A DNA stretch of 64,000 bases from Ostreococcus lucimarinus (taxonomy: Eukaryota), in the NCBI GenBank assembly GCA_000092065.1, contig CP000594.1. One strand, written 5' to 3'. The notes beneath the pieces are model-generated. The model searched no databases. It worked only from the letters and a program-made list of their open reading frames with translations, and had not been told where the DNA came from. Below, one piece after another: positions 20,949 through 30,616 of this stretch (position 1 is the first letter of the stretch; every line of letters begins with the position of its first letter). Both the position numbers and the translations under genes were made by a program.

Positions 20949-22160
20949 TCACGCGCTCGAGGAAGACTTGACCAAAGCTTGCGCCTTGATAACGAGGTCT
21001 TTGTAGTCCTTACTCTTGCAAACTTGGAGCACGAGTTCGCGGAATGCCATGTCGACGTGTCCAGAGATTTTGGACGAAAGCAATTTCCACCGTCGCATGA
21101 TTCGAGACAAATCACGGCCCCGAACAGTCGACGCCCATGGCACAGCTTCGGCAGTCATCGATCTGTACTTGATGACGTTATTCAACATCTCGTAGTCTTG
21201 TTCGACATCCCACTCGCCCGTACTCGTCATTGGAGGCGAGATTTGATACCATCGTTGCAAACAAGCCTGCTCGTTTCGAGTGCCCATTTTGGCAGAGATG
21301 GTGACCCAGTTGATATTGTCGCGAAGTGAAAGGTGTTCGTTGCCCGTTCCCGGCCCGCATCCAGCTTCCGCGCCTCGCTGGCGGAAGTGTTCCTTCACGA
21401 GCTCACACAACTTGTCGGTTTCTTCCTGGCTCCAGTGCCCCGACTTTTTGTGTTCACCTCCCTTGGCGAGACGCCACTTGTCACGGCACGCCGACGCCGG
21501 CCTGCCGACTATTTCCGCGATCTTGGACCATTTCGGGCCCAGTTTCGTGTATTGCTCGAGCAAAGCTTCCGTCTCCTCCTTCTGCCACTTCCCCGACTTC
21601 GACTTTTTGTCCATGTTTCTCAAAATCCAGCCGTAAATTTGCTTGGCGTTTCTTGTCGGCGTCTCGCGAGCGACTTCGATAAACGCGCGTCGCTCAGATA
21701 GCGGTAAGTGTGCACCTTTACCTCCTTGCTTTTGACGACGGTTGAACAAGAACTCATAGTTGCCATTCATGAAATCTTCTGCGAGCCCGTGCTCGTTGGC
21801 CCATTTCTCGAGCGAGCGCTTCATCTGTTCCACCTCGAGCGTGCTCCACTGCCCGAATCTCTGCCCCGGAAACTTGACGTCCCACTCGCTACTATCAGAA
21901 ACAGTTTGCAATTCCTTCTCCGAAGCCTGCGCCACCGGCAAGTCTGCATCCTTTGACTTGTCGTGCATCAACGCCGCGTACGCCGCGTCGTCGTCCAGCT
22001 GTCGCTTGCTCAACGGCGCCCTGACGTCGAGTTCCGCCTTACGTTTCTTCGATTCCTTCTTCATGTGAGCCTTCTTAATCGTCTCAGTCGCGGCGGCGAT
22101 ATCAGCCAACGCGATCGTCGCCGACTTCTCCGCCGGCTCCTCGCCTCGCGTGCGAGCCAT
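20949..22160 (-). CDS. Myb/SANT-repeat DNA-binding protein (REB1/TTF1/DMTF1-like)
   Basis: Several tandem Myb-like repeats with spaced Trp residues (GKWQKEETEALLEQYTKLGPKWSKIAEIVGRPASACRDKWRL; GHWSQEETDKLCELV...; NINWVTISAKMGTRNEQACLQRWYQI). ATG 22160 verified. Confidence 0.7.
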   Translation of the reverse strand: MARTRGEEPAEKSATIALADIAAATETIKKAHMKKESKKRKAELDVRAPLSKRQLDDDAAYAALMHDKSKDADLPVAQASEKELQTVSDSSEWDVKFPGQRFGQWSTLEVEQMKRSLEKWANEHGLAEDFMNGNYEFLFNRRQKQGGKGAHLPLSERRAFIEVARETPTRNAKQIYGWILRNMDKKSKSGKWQKEETEALLEQYTKLGPKWSKIAEIVGRPASACRDKWRLAKGGEHKKSGHWSQEETDKLCELVKEHFRQRGAEAGCGPGTGNEHLSLRDNINWVTISAKMGTRNEQACLQRWYQISPPMTSTGEWDVEQDYEMLNNVIKYRSMTAEAVPWASTVRGRDLSRIMRRWKLLSSKISGHVDMAFRELVLQVCKSKDYKDLVIKAQALVKSSSSA

Positions 22161-22575
22161 CGCGCGTTCGATGACGCCCCGAATCTTGCCAGTCAGCCGT
22201 CACCCTCGAACGTGCGATCGACGCGACGCTTCGACGCGTCCCGTCGACGCTGAGACCGCGCCTCGATCACGCGCGCGCGTCGTCGCCGACCGCGTCGACC
22301 CGCCGCGATCGTCGCGCGCGCCGAACGCGAGCTCGATTCGATTCGCCGGCGACGTTTCGCAGTCAACGGCGAGCGTTAATTGCGCCTCCTCGGTGCGCTC
22401 TTCGCGCGTTTCCCGGCGTGCGCGCGATTCTCGCGGTGCGTTGACGCGTGGGCGTCGGAAATGCGACGCGCCTCGATCGCGGGCGTCGGAAAGTGCGGCG
22501 CGCGCGTCGTTCGCGAGGGGTACCGAGTCGCCAAAATCGGTCGCGATGGCGCGTGCGTTCGCGAGCGACAGGGAG

Positions 22576-22651
22576 CCTGACTCCCGGGTGTTTTCGGATC
22601 GGCGAGTCAGGATTCAAAAACGAGTCCCCCCTCGAGGGGGCCTCGTTTTCG
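22576..22651. other. Two adjacent inverted-repeat hairpins in a bidirectional intergenic region
   Basis: Hairpin A: CCTGACTC–22-nt loop–GAGTCAGG (22576..22611). Hairpin B: near-perfect 37-nt palindrome CAAAAACGAGTCCCCCCTCGAGGGGGCCTCGTTTTCG (22615..22651). Function unknown. Confidence 0.4.
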
Positions 22652-23158
22652 GGTGTTTCGAGAACGCCCGCGAGATAGACCCCCCCTCGCGGCGACCGAC
22701 CGACATCGCGTTTCGTGGACGTCGAATACGAGCGCGGGCGCGTTTGTGCGATAAATCTGGCGATGTCGGTCGGTCGCCGCGCGGTCGCCGCGCGCCGCTC
22801 GAGACGTGACTGGGAAAGGAGCTGGACTACACGCGACGACGACGACTACGGCGGGGCGGCTACGAGCGAGTCGACGCTCGAGCGCTCGCGCGCGCGTCGG
22901 CGCGCGTTCGCGAGGTAGGTTTCGCGTCTTCGCGCTCGTCGTCGTCGTCGTGGACTCGGACGCCGCGCTTCGCGAGCTCGCGCCTGGCGCGCGCGACGTC
23001 TCGCGCGAGCGCCTCGGCTTCGGCTTCGCACGTGGGGAACCAAATCACGCCTCGCGCGATGACGACGACGGAGTACAGCGCGAACGCAACGACGGCGTAG
23101 ATCGGGGCCTGTGGATTTGGATTCGATCGCGCGCGCGTGGGGTCAGCGTCTTCGTCTC

Positions 23159-23194
23159 GCGTTCGCGTTCGCGTTCGCGTTCGCGTTCGCGTTC
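23159..23194. repeat. (GCGTTC)6 hexanucleotide microsatellite
   Basis: Six perfect tandem GCGTTC units. Confidence 0.9.
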
Positions 23195-23621
23195 GCGCGC
23201 GTCGAGCGTCGTACCGCGACCACCAGCGCTCGCGCGCTCGGCGTGAGCTCGGCGTTGCGAAGCGTGGCGTACCACACGCTCAGTAATACCGCTCCAACGC
23301 CACCTGCGACATCGCGCGGGGTCAGTCGTCGTCGTCGTCGTCGGTGCGCGCGACGTCGAGACGGTGCGTCCGCGTCGATCATCATCGCGCTCGATCGCGA
23401 CGACGCGCGCACGCACCGAACTGCTGCGCGCGCGTCATACCGCGCGCGCGCGCTCTCGACGCGCGCGCGCGATCGCGCCTCCAACGCGCGCCGCGTCGCG
23501 AAGTGCGGGCGACGAATCGACGACGCATCGCGACGCAACCACCGCGGAATCGCGCGATCGGCGACGTCACACGACGACCCCACCCGCGCGCGCGTCGACG
23601 CGACGCGCGAGCGACGCGAAT

Positions 23622-24485
23622 ATGTCGGACGCGCTCGACGCGCGCGCGGTGCCGCGAACGGGACGATATCGAGTGCGAAAACGCGTCGCATCGCGCGTCG
23701 TCGTCGCCCTGGTGGTGGTGTCGACGGCGATGTTTTCGCGCGTCGCGCGCGCGCACGGCGTGCCCGCGGCGGTGACGGCGGCGGTGCGAGGTGACCTGGC
23801 GTGGTTCGATGACGCCGCGCTGGCGTACGACGAGGAAGAGTTGAAGACGATGCTCGACCGACAGGAGAGCGACCACGGGTACGGCGCGCTCGTGACGGCG
23901 GTGGCGCGCGGCGACGAGACGACGGCGAAAAAAGTGCTCTCGATGGGTGCGGACGCGCGGAGCGAGGATCACGAGGGGCACACGCCGATGGATATGGCGG
24001 CGGTGTCGGGGAAGGTGAGCATGGTGAAATTGTTGCGCGAACACGGGGTGGACGCGGGGGCGCGAGCGCGAGACGGATTTACGGCGCTGCAGCGCGCGAC
24101 GTGGGGACAGACGGACGCGCACGCGGAGGTCGTGCGGTATCTCGTGCGCGAGTGCGGGATGGACGTGGATGAAACGGACGCCATGGGGATGAGCGCGACG
24201 TTCAGGGCGGTGGATCGCGAGAATACGTTCATGCTGAAGATATTGTTAGAGCTCGGGGCGGATCCAAACTTTGCGAACAAGCGCGGCGACTCGTTGCTCG
24301 CCACGGCGGTTCGTAAGCAAAACGCCGAACTAGTGTCGATGCTCTTGGAGGCGAACGCGGACGTCACGAAAGGAGATTCGAAAGGGCGAAACTTGCGCAA
24401 GCTCGCCAAGCAGCTTCGATCGAAAAAGGTGCTAAATTTAATCTCCGAGGCGTACGCCTCGGCGATGGGTTCCGCCGAGTTGTAA
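23622..24485 (+). CDS. Ankyrin-repeat protein with an N-terminal signal anchor (287 aa)
   Basis: TM helix VVVALVVVSTAMF, then canonical ANK repeats (GYGALVTAVARGDETTAKKVLSMGAD; GHTPMDMAAVSGKVSMVKLLREHGVD; GFTALQRATWGQTDAHAEVVRYLV...). ATG 23622 verified. The upstream part of ORF 23364.. is artefact. Confidence 0.75.
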   Translation: MSDALDARAVPRTGRYRVRKRVASRVVVALVVVSTAMFSRVARAHGVPAAVTAAVRGDLAWFDDAALAYDEEELKTMLDRQESDHGYGALVTAVARGDETTAKKVLSMGADARSEDHEGHTPMDMAAVSGKVSMVKLLREHGVDAGARARDGFTALQRATWGQTDAHAEVVRYLVRECGMDVDETDAMGMSATFRAVDRENTFMLKILLELGADPNFANKRGDSLLATAVRKQNAELVSMLLEANADVTKGDSKGRNLRKLAKQLRSKKVLNLISEAYASAMGSAEL

Positions 24486-24490
24486 TCACG

Positions 24491-24928
24491 TCATTCCTCC
24501 ACGTCGTCCTCGTCGTCCTCGAACGTTTGCGTCTCGCGAGCGAGCGCGCTCAACAAAAATTCAGAGCTCTCGAGTATGCGATCGAGCGATGATTCACCCT
24601 CTTGAATGACTTTGTCGTACGCCTTGACGCGCTCGCGGTCCCGCGCCACGCGTTGTTCGAGCTCCTTCACCCGTCGTCGGAGCGTCTCTCCATCGCGCGC
24701 GCTCGCCTCGATCCGCGCCAGCGTCGCGCGTTTTCGTCTCTGCAGCTCGCTCAAACCTTTCTCGCGCGCGTCGTTCGTCCGCGTCAGTCACTCGTTCTCG
24801 GGCACACGAACCGTCGAGTTTTCCCATCCTTCATTCGTTCGACGCGCGCCGACGCGGGACGCACTCTTTCCCACGGCCTCTTGCGTCTGGCGCATCACGA
24901 GCGTCTTCGTCGTCTCCCCGGACGCCAT
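24491..24928 (-). CDS. Putative small coiled-coil protein (~109 aa), two exons: 24865..24928 and 24491..24756
   Basis: ATG 24928: MASGETTKTLVMRQTQEAVGK + GTGCGT donor (24864..24859). The 108-nt intron contains CTGAC 26 nt before the AAAG acceptor. Exon 2 continues in frame: S LSELQRRKRATLARIEASARDGETLRRRVKELEQRVARDRERVKAYDKVIQEGESSLDRILESSEFLL...DDVEE*. The exon-2 ORF has no ATG of its own (the track 'M' is TTG), which supports an upstream exon. Confidence 0.45.
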
Positions 24929-25141
24929 GAGTTCGCGACGGCGCCGTCGCGAAGTGCGCGTCGTCGACGGCGCGGCGTCGCATCGCGCGGCGTCCTCGGG
25001 ATCGATGCTCGATGCGTAATATAAAAGACGAAAAGAGAACCATGTGTGAACGCGCCCGATGGCTAAATCGACGACGCGGTCCCGAACCCTCGCGCGGCGC
25101 CGACCGCGCGCGTCACTGCGCGACGCCGACGTTCGCGCGCG

Positions 25142-26007
25142 ATGCTCGCTTCGCAAGTCTCCACGTTCGCCCGAGGCGATGCCACGATTTCCCCGCAATC
25201 CACCGCGCGCGGTCGCACCGTCGTCCGCGCGACGATCGAGGCGAAGGAGTCGCGCATCGGGAAGCAGCCGGTGGCGGTGCCGAAGGGGGTGACGTACACC
25301 CTGAAGGATAACCATCTCGCGGTGAAGGTGCGCGCGGCGCGATGCGACGCGCGCGACGCGGGAAAGCGCGCGAGGGATTACGTTTCATCGACGCGCGCGA
25401 TCCGCGACGGCGTGACGGGGGAAAACGCGCGACGACGACCCCAATCCCACGCGACCAGGGCTTGAGGTTGTAGGGTTTTCCGCGCGCGTCGGACGGCGAA
25501 GAGACGAAGAGACTGACGAGAACGCATCGATCGCCGCGCGCCGCATCGCAGGGACCGAAGGGTAGCTTGGAAATGTCGTTCCCGGACACCATGGTGTTCA
25601 CGGAAGAGGGTGACTCGATCAAGATTTCTCGCGCGAACGACACCCCGGACGCGCGCAAGGGTCACGGGTTGTACCGCACGCTCGCGAACAACATGATGGT
25701 GGGCGTGTCTACTGGCTTTGAGAAGAAGCTGAAGTTGTTGGGTGTGGGTTACAAGGCTTCCATGCAAGGGAAGGACCTTAACTTGGCGTTGGGCTACTCC
25801 CACCCGGTGATTATGAAGTTGCCGGAGGGGGTCCAGGTGACGTGCCCGTCGAACACCGAGGTTGTCGTGAGCGGCTACGACAAGGTTGAAGTTGGTAACT
25901 TTGCGGCGATCATTCGCTCTAAGCGTCCGCCGGAGCCTTACAAGGGTAAGGGTATCAGGTATGAGAACGAGGTCGTGATTCAAAAGGAGGGTAAGCGCGG
26001 GAAGTAG
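25142..26007 (+). CDS. RPL6: Plastid 50S ribosomal protein L6 (uL6c), nuclear-encoded, two exons: 25142..25327 and 25552..26007
   Basis: Spliced product ...IGKQPVAVPKGVTYTLKDNHLAVK|GPKGSLEMSFPDTMVF...MMVGVSTGFEKKLKLLGVGYKASMQG...IRSKRPPEPYKGKGIRYENEVVIQKEGK is collinear with bacterial L6. The 224-nt intron has a GTGCGC donor, a CTGAC branch and a CAG acceptor. The N-terminus is a transit peptide. Confidence 0.85.
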
Positions 26008-26248
26008 GCGCGCGCTTCGATTCGTTTCGGGAAACGGCGCGACGAATGATTTTGATTCTTCATTCGCCGGCGTCGGAGCCGTGTACTTCTTGATTCAAAC
26101 CAACCGACGACGAACGAACACCATTAGTGATATTCTTACATCGACCGACCGACCGACGAGCAAAATAATCATCGCATCATGTAGCTTGTGATAACAATCT
26201 TATCTCTCATCGCGAGAAATATCGTCGAGCGTTGTGTAGGCGATCGAT

Positions 26249-27241
26249 TCAGTCATGAGCTATCAAGTTTCGAACGACTTCTAAGTGCGCGTCGCGGTAA
26301 CCTTCTCTGTGCGCTACCCATAACGGCAGGAACTCGCGCATGGAGATCTCGCCGTCGTTCGCTCGCTGGAACTCGAGCGCGACGTCGACGCCGAATGACT
26401 CGTCGACGTCTGGGATGACGACTTCGTTCAGCGCCTCGGCGTACCGATCGGAGCCTGGACATTTGCGAGCGCACGCGTACTTCAAACACTCCAACTGTCC
26501 ATACTTGGCGGCTCCCTCGCACGTCCGCTTGTCCCAACAACACCCGTTCTCGCGCGCGTATCGCAAACAGTCCAAGTGTCCATTCGAGGCGGCATGCGCG
26601 CACGTCACCTCGTTCCAAGGACACCCGTTCTCGTGCGCGTATCGCAAACAGTCCAAGTGTCCATTCGAGACGGCAAACAGGCAAGTCCACTCGTTCCAAG
26701 GACACCCGTGCTCGCGCGCGTATCGCAAACAGTCCAAGTGTCCATTCAAGGCGGCATCACGGCACGTCCACACGTCCCAAGGACACCCGTGCTCGTGCGC
26801 GTATTGCAAAGATTGCAAATTGCCGAAACCAGCGGCATACGCGCACGTCCATTGGTCCCACGGCGCCCCGTGCTCGTGCGCGAACTTCATACAAACCGAA
26901 CCTGGAATGCGCGTAGCCCGCGTGCACGGCGCCGCATATTCTGGAAAGACTCTCCTCTCGTCGTCCGCTTCAAAATACCCGCGACCGTGGCCAATCGAGT
27001 GCCACTCGACGCCATCGCGTCTCAAATCTTGTAAAAACGACGCCACCGCATCCCTTGCATCGCTCGAGACGTCCTCACGCTCGAGTTCACCGATGAGTCT
27101 CTCGTAGACTTCCTCGCGCAGTATGGCCTTCGTGAGGTCCACCCCGCCCGCCCGCACATGCTCGAGTTCAGCAATGTACGCACGCTCGAGTGCGTCGTAG
27201 ACTTCATTCTGCCTCCGCGCCTCTTCCTCGTCGAACTCCAT
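26249..27241 (-). CDS. Ankyrin-like repeat protein, paralogue A (about 5 GHLDCLRYAHENGCPW units), 330 aa
   Basis: Repeats ...TCxxAAxNGHLDCLRYA(H/R)ENGCPW(N/D)E.... The N-terminus (EVYDAL...DARDAVASFLQDLRRDGVEW) and C-terminus (GCPGSDRYAEALNEVVIPDVDESFGVDVALEFQ...ISMREFLPLWVAHREGYRDAHLE..RNLIAHD) are shared with the gene at 41755..43206. ATG 27241 verified. Confidence 0.75.
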   Translation of the reverse strand: MEFDEEEARRQNEVYDALERAYIAELEHVRAGGVDLTKAILREEVYERLIGELEREDVSSDARDAVASFLQDLRRDGVEWHSIGHGRGYFEADDERRVFPEYAAPCTRATRIPGSVCMKFAHEHGAPWDQWTCAYAAGFGNLQSLQYAHEHGCPWDVWTCRDAALNGHLDCLRYAREHGCPWNEWTCLFAVSNGHLDCLRYAHENGCPWNEVTCAHAASNGHLDCLRYARENGCCWDKRTCEGAAKYGQLECLKYACARKCPGSDRYAEALNEVVIPDVDESFGVDVALEFQRANDGEISMREFLPLWVAHREGYRDAHLEVVRNLIAHD

Positions 27242-27268
27242 CCCGCGCGTCGCGCCGTGGCGCGCGTC

Positions 27269-27303
27269 GTCTCGTCTCGTCTCGTCTCGTCTCGTCTCGT
27301 CTC
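27269..27303. repeat. (TCGTC)7 pentanucleotide microsatellite in the 5' flank of paralogue A
   Basis: Perfect tandem TCGTC units. The same repeat, as GAGAC on the other strand, lies 5' of paralogue B. Confidence 0.9.
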
Positions 27304-27619
27304 GGAGGACCCGAACCGCCGCGAGTGACGGGAGGGTCAGCCAAAGTTACGTACTGTTGGAGCGTCGACCTCGCAAAAAGCGGACCATCGATAGGTAAAA
27401 ATGCCGACACGAGCTCACAGTTAAACTAAAACCCAAAAAATATGACCCAACCGGTTGGAGACGTGAAGTGGAGGAATGAGCGCCGCACTCGGGCGCCCCG
27501 CGCGCGGCGCCGCTGTGGCGAAAGTTACGGTTTTCTACGGACATTCGGGTATAGAGAGCAATACGACGAAATAAATAAAAAGTGGAAAAATGATAGGATA
27601 AAAAAAGTTAATATACGGC

Positions 27620-27751
27620 TCCTCCCTACCCGAATCGAACGGGTGACCCGCTGATTACCACGTGGTCCTTCGTTCGCGATGACGCTGTGACGCGCCGTAT
27701 TTCAGGAGTGTATCCTACAGTCAGCTGCTCTTCCATCTGAGCTAAGAGAGG
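27620..27751 (-). tRNA. tRNA-Tyr(GUA) with an approximately 59-nt intron
   Basis: Reverse complement: CCTCTCT/AGGGAGG acceptor (one GU pair), D arm GCTC-AGATGGAA-GAGC, anticodon stem GCTGA...TCAGC with CTGTAG then an intron (GATACAC...ACGTGGTA) between positions 37 and 38, T arm ACCCG-TTCGATT-CGGGT, discriminator A, T6 terminator. Eukaryotic tRNA-Tyr genes characteristically carry introns. Confidence 0.85.
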
Positions 27752-27873
27752 CTTTATAGCGCGTACAACGACGTTGTAATCGCTATCAACGAAATAAAAA
27801 GCCGATCGCTCGCCCCCCGATCGCGTTCGCGGTCGTCGCGGTGAAGTTACGGGTAGAACCGCACACGCGCGCG

Positions 27874-28899
27874 ATGGTCGTCTTCGATCGCCCGCGTCGC
27901 GTGTTGTTCTCGACGACGCTTCGCGCGTTCGTCGAGTCGCGCCCGCCGCGCGCGATCGCCCTCGCGACGCCGCGCGACACCGTCGCGAATTTACTTCGAA
28001 TCGCTCGACGCGCGCGCGCGTCGCAAGTCCTCGTCGTTCAGGACGACGCGGCGGAAAACCAATCGACGAATCCGTCGCGGCGAACGCGCGCGGTGAGCAT
28101 GCGCGACGTCGCGCGAGGGTGGATGCGCACGTCGCTGAGCGACGGCGCGTTTTAAGAAAGATTCACGACGCGCGAACTGTGCGACGCGATCGGGGCGACG
28201 ACGCCGGAGATCGTGTGGTACGACGAATCGACGCGCGCGTACGACGCGCACACGCTGTTGGACGTCTGCACGGCGTTGTCTCGAGGACGGAAAATCGCGG
28301 TCGTGCACGACGGCGGAGGCGCGATCAGGGACGTCGTGACGAAGTATGATTTGGTGTACTTTCTGTCGCGTCGAGCGGCGCACTTGGGAGAGATCGCGGA
28401 CATGCCCGTGGCGTCGTTGTTCCCGGGACGACGCGTCGTCTCGGCGCCGGCGTCGGCGTCGGCGCGGGGCGCGGTGCGCGACATGCTCGACGCCGACGTC
28501 TCCGCCATCGGCTTGACCACGCCGGTCGGCGACGGCGCCCCGAACGAAATCATCGCGTGTCTCTCCTTGAACGACTTCCGCCGCATCGATTCTCACGTCG
28601 ACTTCACCGCGATGAAGACGCGCACGGCGCTCGATTTCGTGTCGCGCAAGCGCGCCGACACCTTTCGCGCCGACGATCGCGTCCCGTTCGAGTCCCAACG
28701 CCACGCCACCGGTTCTCGAGCTCGACGGTACGTCGAGCTCGTTTTCGCCAAGTCCGACACCTCGTTCGAGCGCTTGCTCGCGCTTTTCGCCGAGCACGGG
28801 ATTCACCACGTCTTCGTCCTGCGCGCCGACGACGTCCAGCAGCGCGAGTTTCGCGTGCTCACGCCCTCGGACCTCATTGACGCCCTCGCGACGCGTTAG
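27874..28899 (+). CDS. CBS-domain pair protein. The ORF is interrupted by an in-frame TAA at 28153; a 42-nt intron (28119..28160) is one possible resolution.
   Basis: Upstream ORF (...TVANLLRIARRARASQVLVVQDDAA...AVSMRDVARG) and downstream ORF (FTTRELCDAIGATTPEIVWYDESTRAYDAHTLLDVCTALSRGRKIAVVHDGGGAIRDVVTKYDLVYFL... with two more CBS-like units) are in the same frame, separated by one stop codon. First ATG is 27874. Confidence 0.55.
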
Positions 28900-28924
28900 C
28901 GTTGTCACGTCGTCACTCACCCCG

Positions 28925-30556
28925 ATGCTTCCCGCGCTGCGATACGACGTCGACGACGTTCGCGACGCGAGCGACGACGACGACGACCGCGACGACGCCG
29001 GCGACCGCGACCGATTCGTCCCCGGGACAGATGCGACCGTGACGACCGAAAACGCGCTTCTCGCGGCGCGAAAACTGGCGTTCGTCGAGCGCGCGTTCGT
29101 GGACGTCGAAGCGTCGCGATCGATGATGGCGCACGAGGTGCTGGAGCGGTGTAAACAACACGGGATGACGAATAAAGAGTACCAAAGCGCGTGCGCGGAG
29201 CGCGCGGCGTGCGGCGCGTGCGGCTGGACGCCGTGCCCGAACGCGCCGACGCGGGACGATGGGACGACGCAGCGGTACGAGATCGATGGGAAAGCTCGAA
29301 AAGTGCGAGAGATGGCGTTCGTGCGAGCGTTCTGCTCGCGAAAGTGCATGATGATGGCGGAGGCGCTGGGCGAACGCTTGGGCGAACGCGCCGACGCGGT
29401 GAGCGCGCGCGAGGGCGCGGCGCGAGGACGCGCGGCGATGGACGGCGAGGCGAGCGTGGTGAAACAAGACGTGCGCGAGCGCGCGACGACGGCAAAAAAA
29501 GCATTCGATGCGAAAATGCCGGTGCGAAAATCGGACGCCATGGCCAAAGCGGCGACGGTGGACGGGTACGTGCCCAAGGCGGCGCGGAAAAGGATCGAAG
29601 AGGAAAGGGAAAAGGAAAAGACCCATCGAGCCGCGTCGATCACGTGGAACGAGCCGGAGATTGAAAAGATAGAAGAAGAATTGTGGCGAGAGAAACGAGA
29701 GGCCTCGGGCGTCGACCCCGCGGGTGGGGTGTTTTATTTCGACACGTTCGGAGAAGGGAAAAAGCCCGAGGGCGACTTCGTGCCGAGCATCGGCGGCAGG
29801 TTCTCCGAGGGACAACTGCGCACGGAACCGCGCACGGTGGTGGACGAAACTTCGCGAGCGATGGAAAACTTATTGTTAGAGCGCAATGACGGCGAAGATA
29901 CCGAGTCACACGTCGCGTTGGAGGAAGACGTCGCGGAGACGACGCGAAGGATGCTCGCGTCCAAGTTGACGGCGACGCCGATTCCCGGGTTCGTGGACGA
30001 CGGCGACGACGACGACGACGACGCCATGACGGCGGGCTCAGAAGAAGAAGGAGAAGAATCGTTCACCACGGGTGCTCCGAAGATTTCGCAATTCGGCTTG
30101 ACGTGGATGGCGGTTGATAATTTAGTCACCGACGCGACGTTTGCTCTCGTCGCCGGCGACGGCGCGTTCGTGGACAAGCTTCCGCCGCGAGACAGGTACA
30201 CGGTGTCCGTGAGCGAGGCGTGGAACGAAAACTTGGCGAGAACGATTCCGAATTTGTGCGTCACGCTGAATATAAGCGCCGAAACTCGGCGCGTGGAACA
30301 AAATTTGACAACGCTTTTGCGAACGTTTGCGTTCGATCGCCCCGTGCCCGCGTTTACGAGCGAGCGGTGGGCGATGATGGCGCTGTTGTTTATTGAATTG
30401 TTGCTCCACGCCGATCTCGTGAGCAAGGAATCTATCGGGAAAGAAGTATTCGACAACGCGAACGCCATCGCGGTGTTCGCGAACGCGGGGGCGACGAGCG
30501 AGGAGGTGAACATCTTGCGCGAGCGTTTGCGCGGCGACGGCGTGAACTCGAATTAA
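28925..30556 (+). CDS. RPAP2/Rtr1-family protein (RNA polymerase II-associated protein 2-like), 543 aa
   Basis: Rtr1-type zinc-finger region ...YQSACAERAACGACGWTPCPNAP...REMAFVRAFCSRKCM (the CGxxxC ... FCSxxC pattern) followed by a long acidic C-terminal region. ATG 28925; the ORF-track start at 28877 is TTG and overlaps the upstream gene. Confidence 0.55.
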   Translation: MLPALRYDVDDVRDASDDDDDRDDAGDRDRFVPGTDATVTTENALLAARKLAFVERAFVDVEASRSMMAHEVLERCKQHGMTNKEYQSACAERAACGACGWTPCPNAPTRDDGTTQRYEIDGKARKVREMAFVRAFCSRKCMMMAEALGERLGERADAVSAREGAARGRAAMDGEASVVKQDVRERATTAKKAFDAKMPVRKSDAMAKAATVDGYVPKAARKRIEEEREKEKTHRAASITWNEPEIEKIEEELWREKREASGVDPAGGVFYFDTFGEGKKPEGDFVPSIGGRFSEGQLRTEPRTVVDETSRAMENLLLERNDGEDTESHVALEEDVAETTRRMLASKLTATPIPGFVDDGDDDDDDAMTAGSEEEGEESFTTGAPKISQFGLTWMAVDNLVTDATFALVAGDGAFVDKLPPRDRYTVSVSEAWNENLARTIPNLCVTLNISAETRRVEQNLTTLLRTFAFDRPVPAFTSERWAMMALLFIELLLHADLVSKESIGKEVFDNANAIAVFANAGATSEEVNILRERLRGDGVNSN

Positions 30557-30616
30557 GTAACGAGTGAAATGAATAGTGATTTGTGAGTTGACAAGCTAGA
30601 GCATCGTAGAGATTTA

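Noticed and set aside
27991-29643. Long Arg/Ala-rich ORFs antisense or out of frame to real genes. Examples: 27991..29643(-), 2312..3277(-), 4212..5159(-), 17135..18727(+), 18002..18652(-) frame, 48138..49511(-), 49769..51514(-), 62404..63708(-), 35199..36674(+).
   Set aside because: Their composition is poly-Arg/Ala/Pro, they have no domains, and they overlap well-supported genes on the other strand or in another frame. This is the expected behaviour of stop-poor reading frames in GC-rich DNA.
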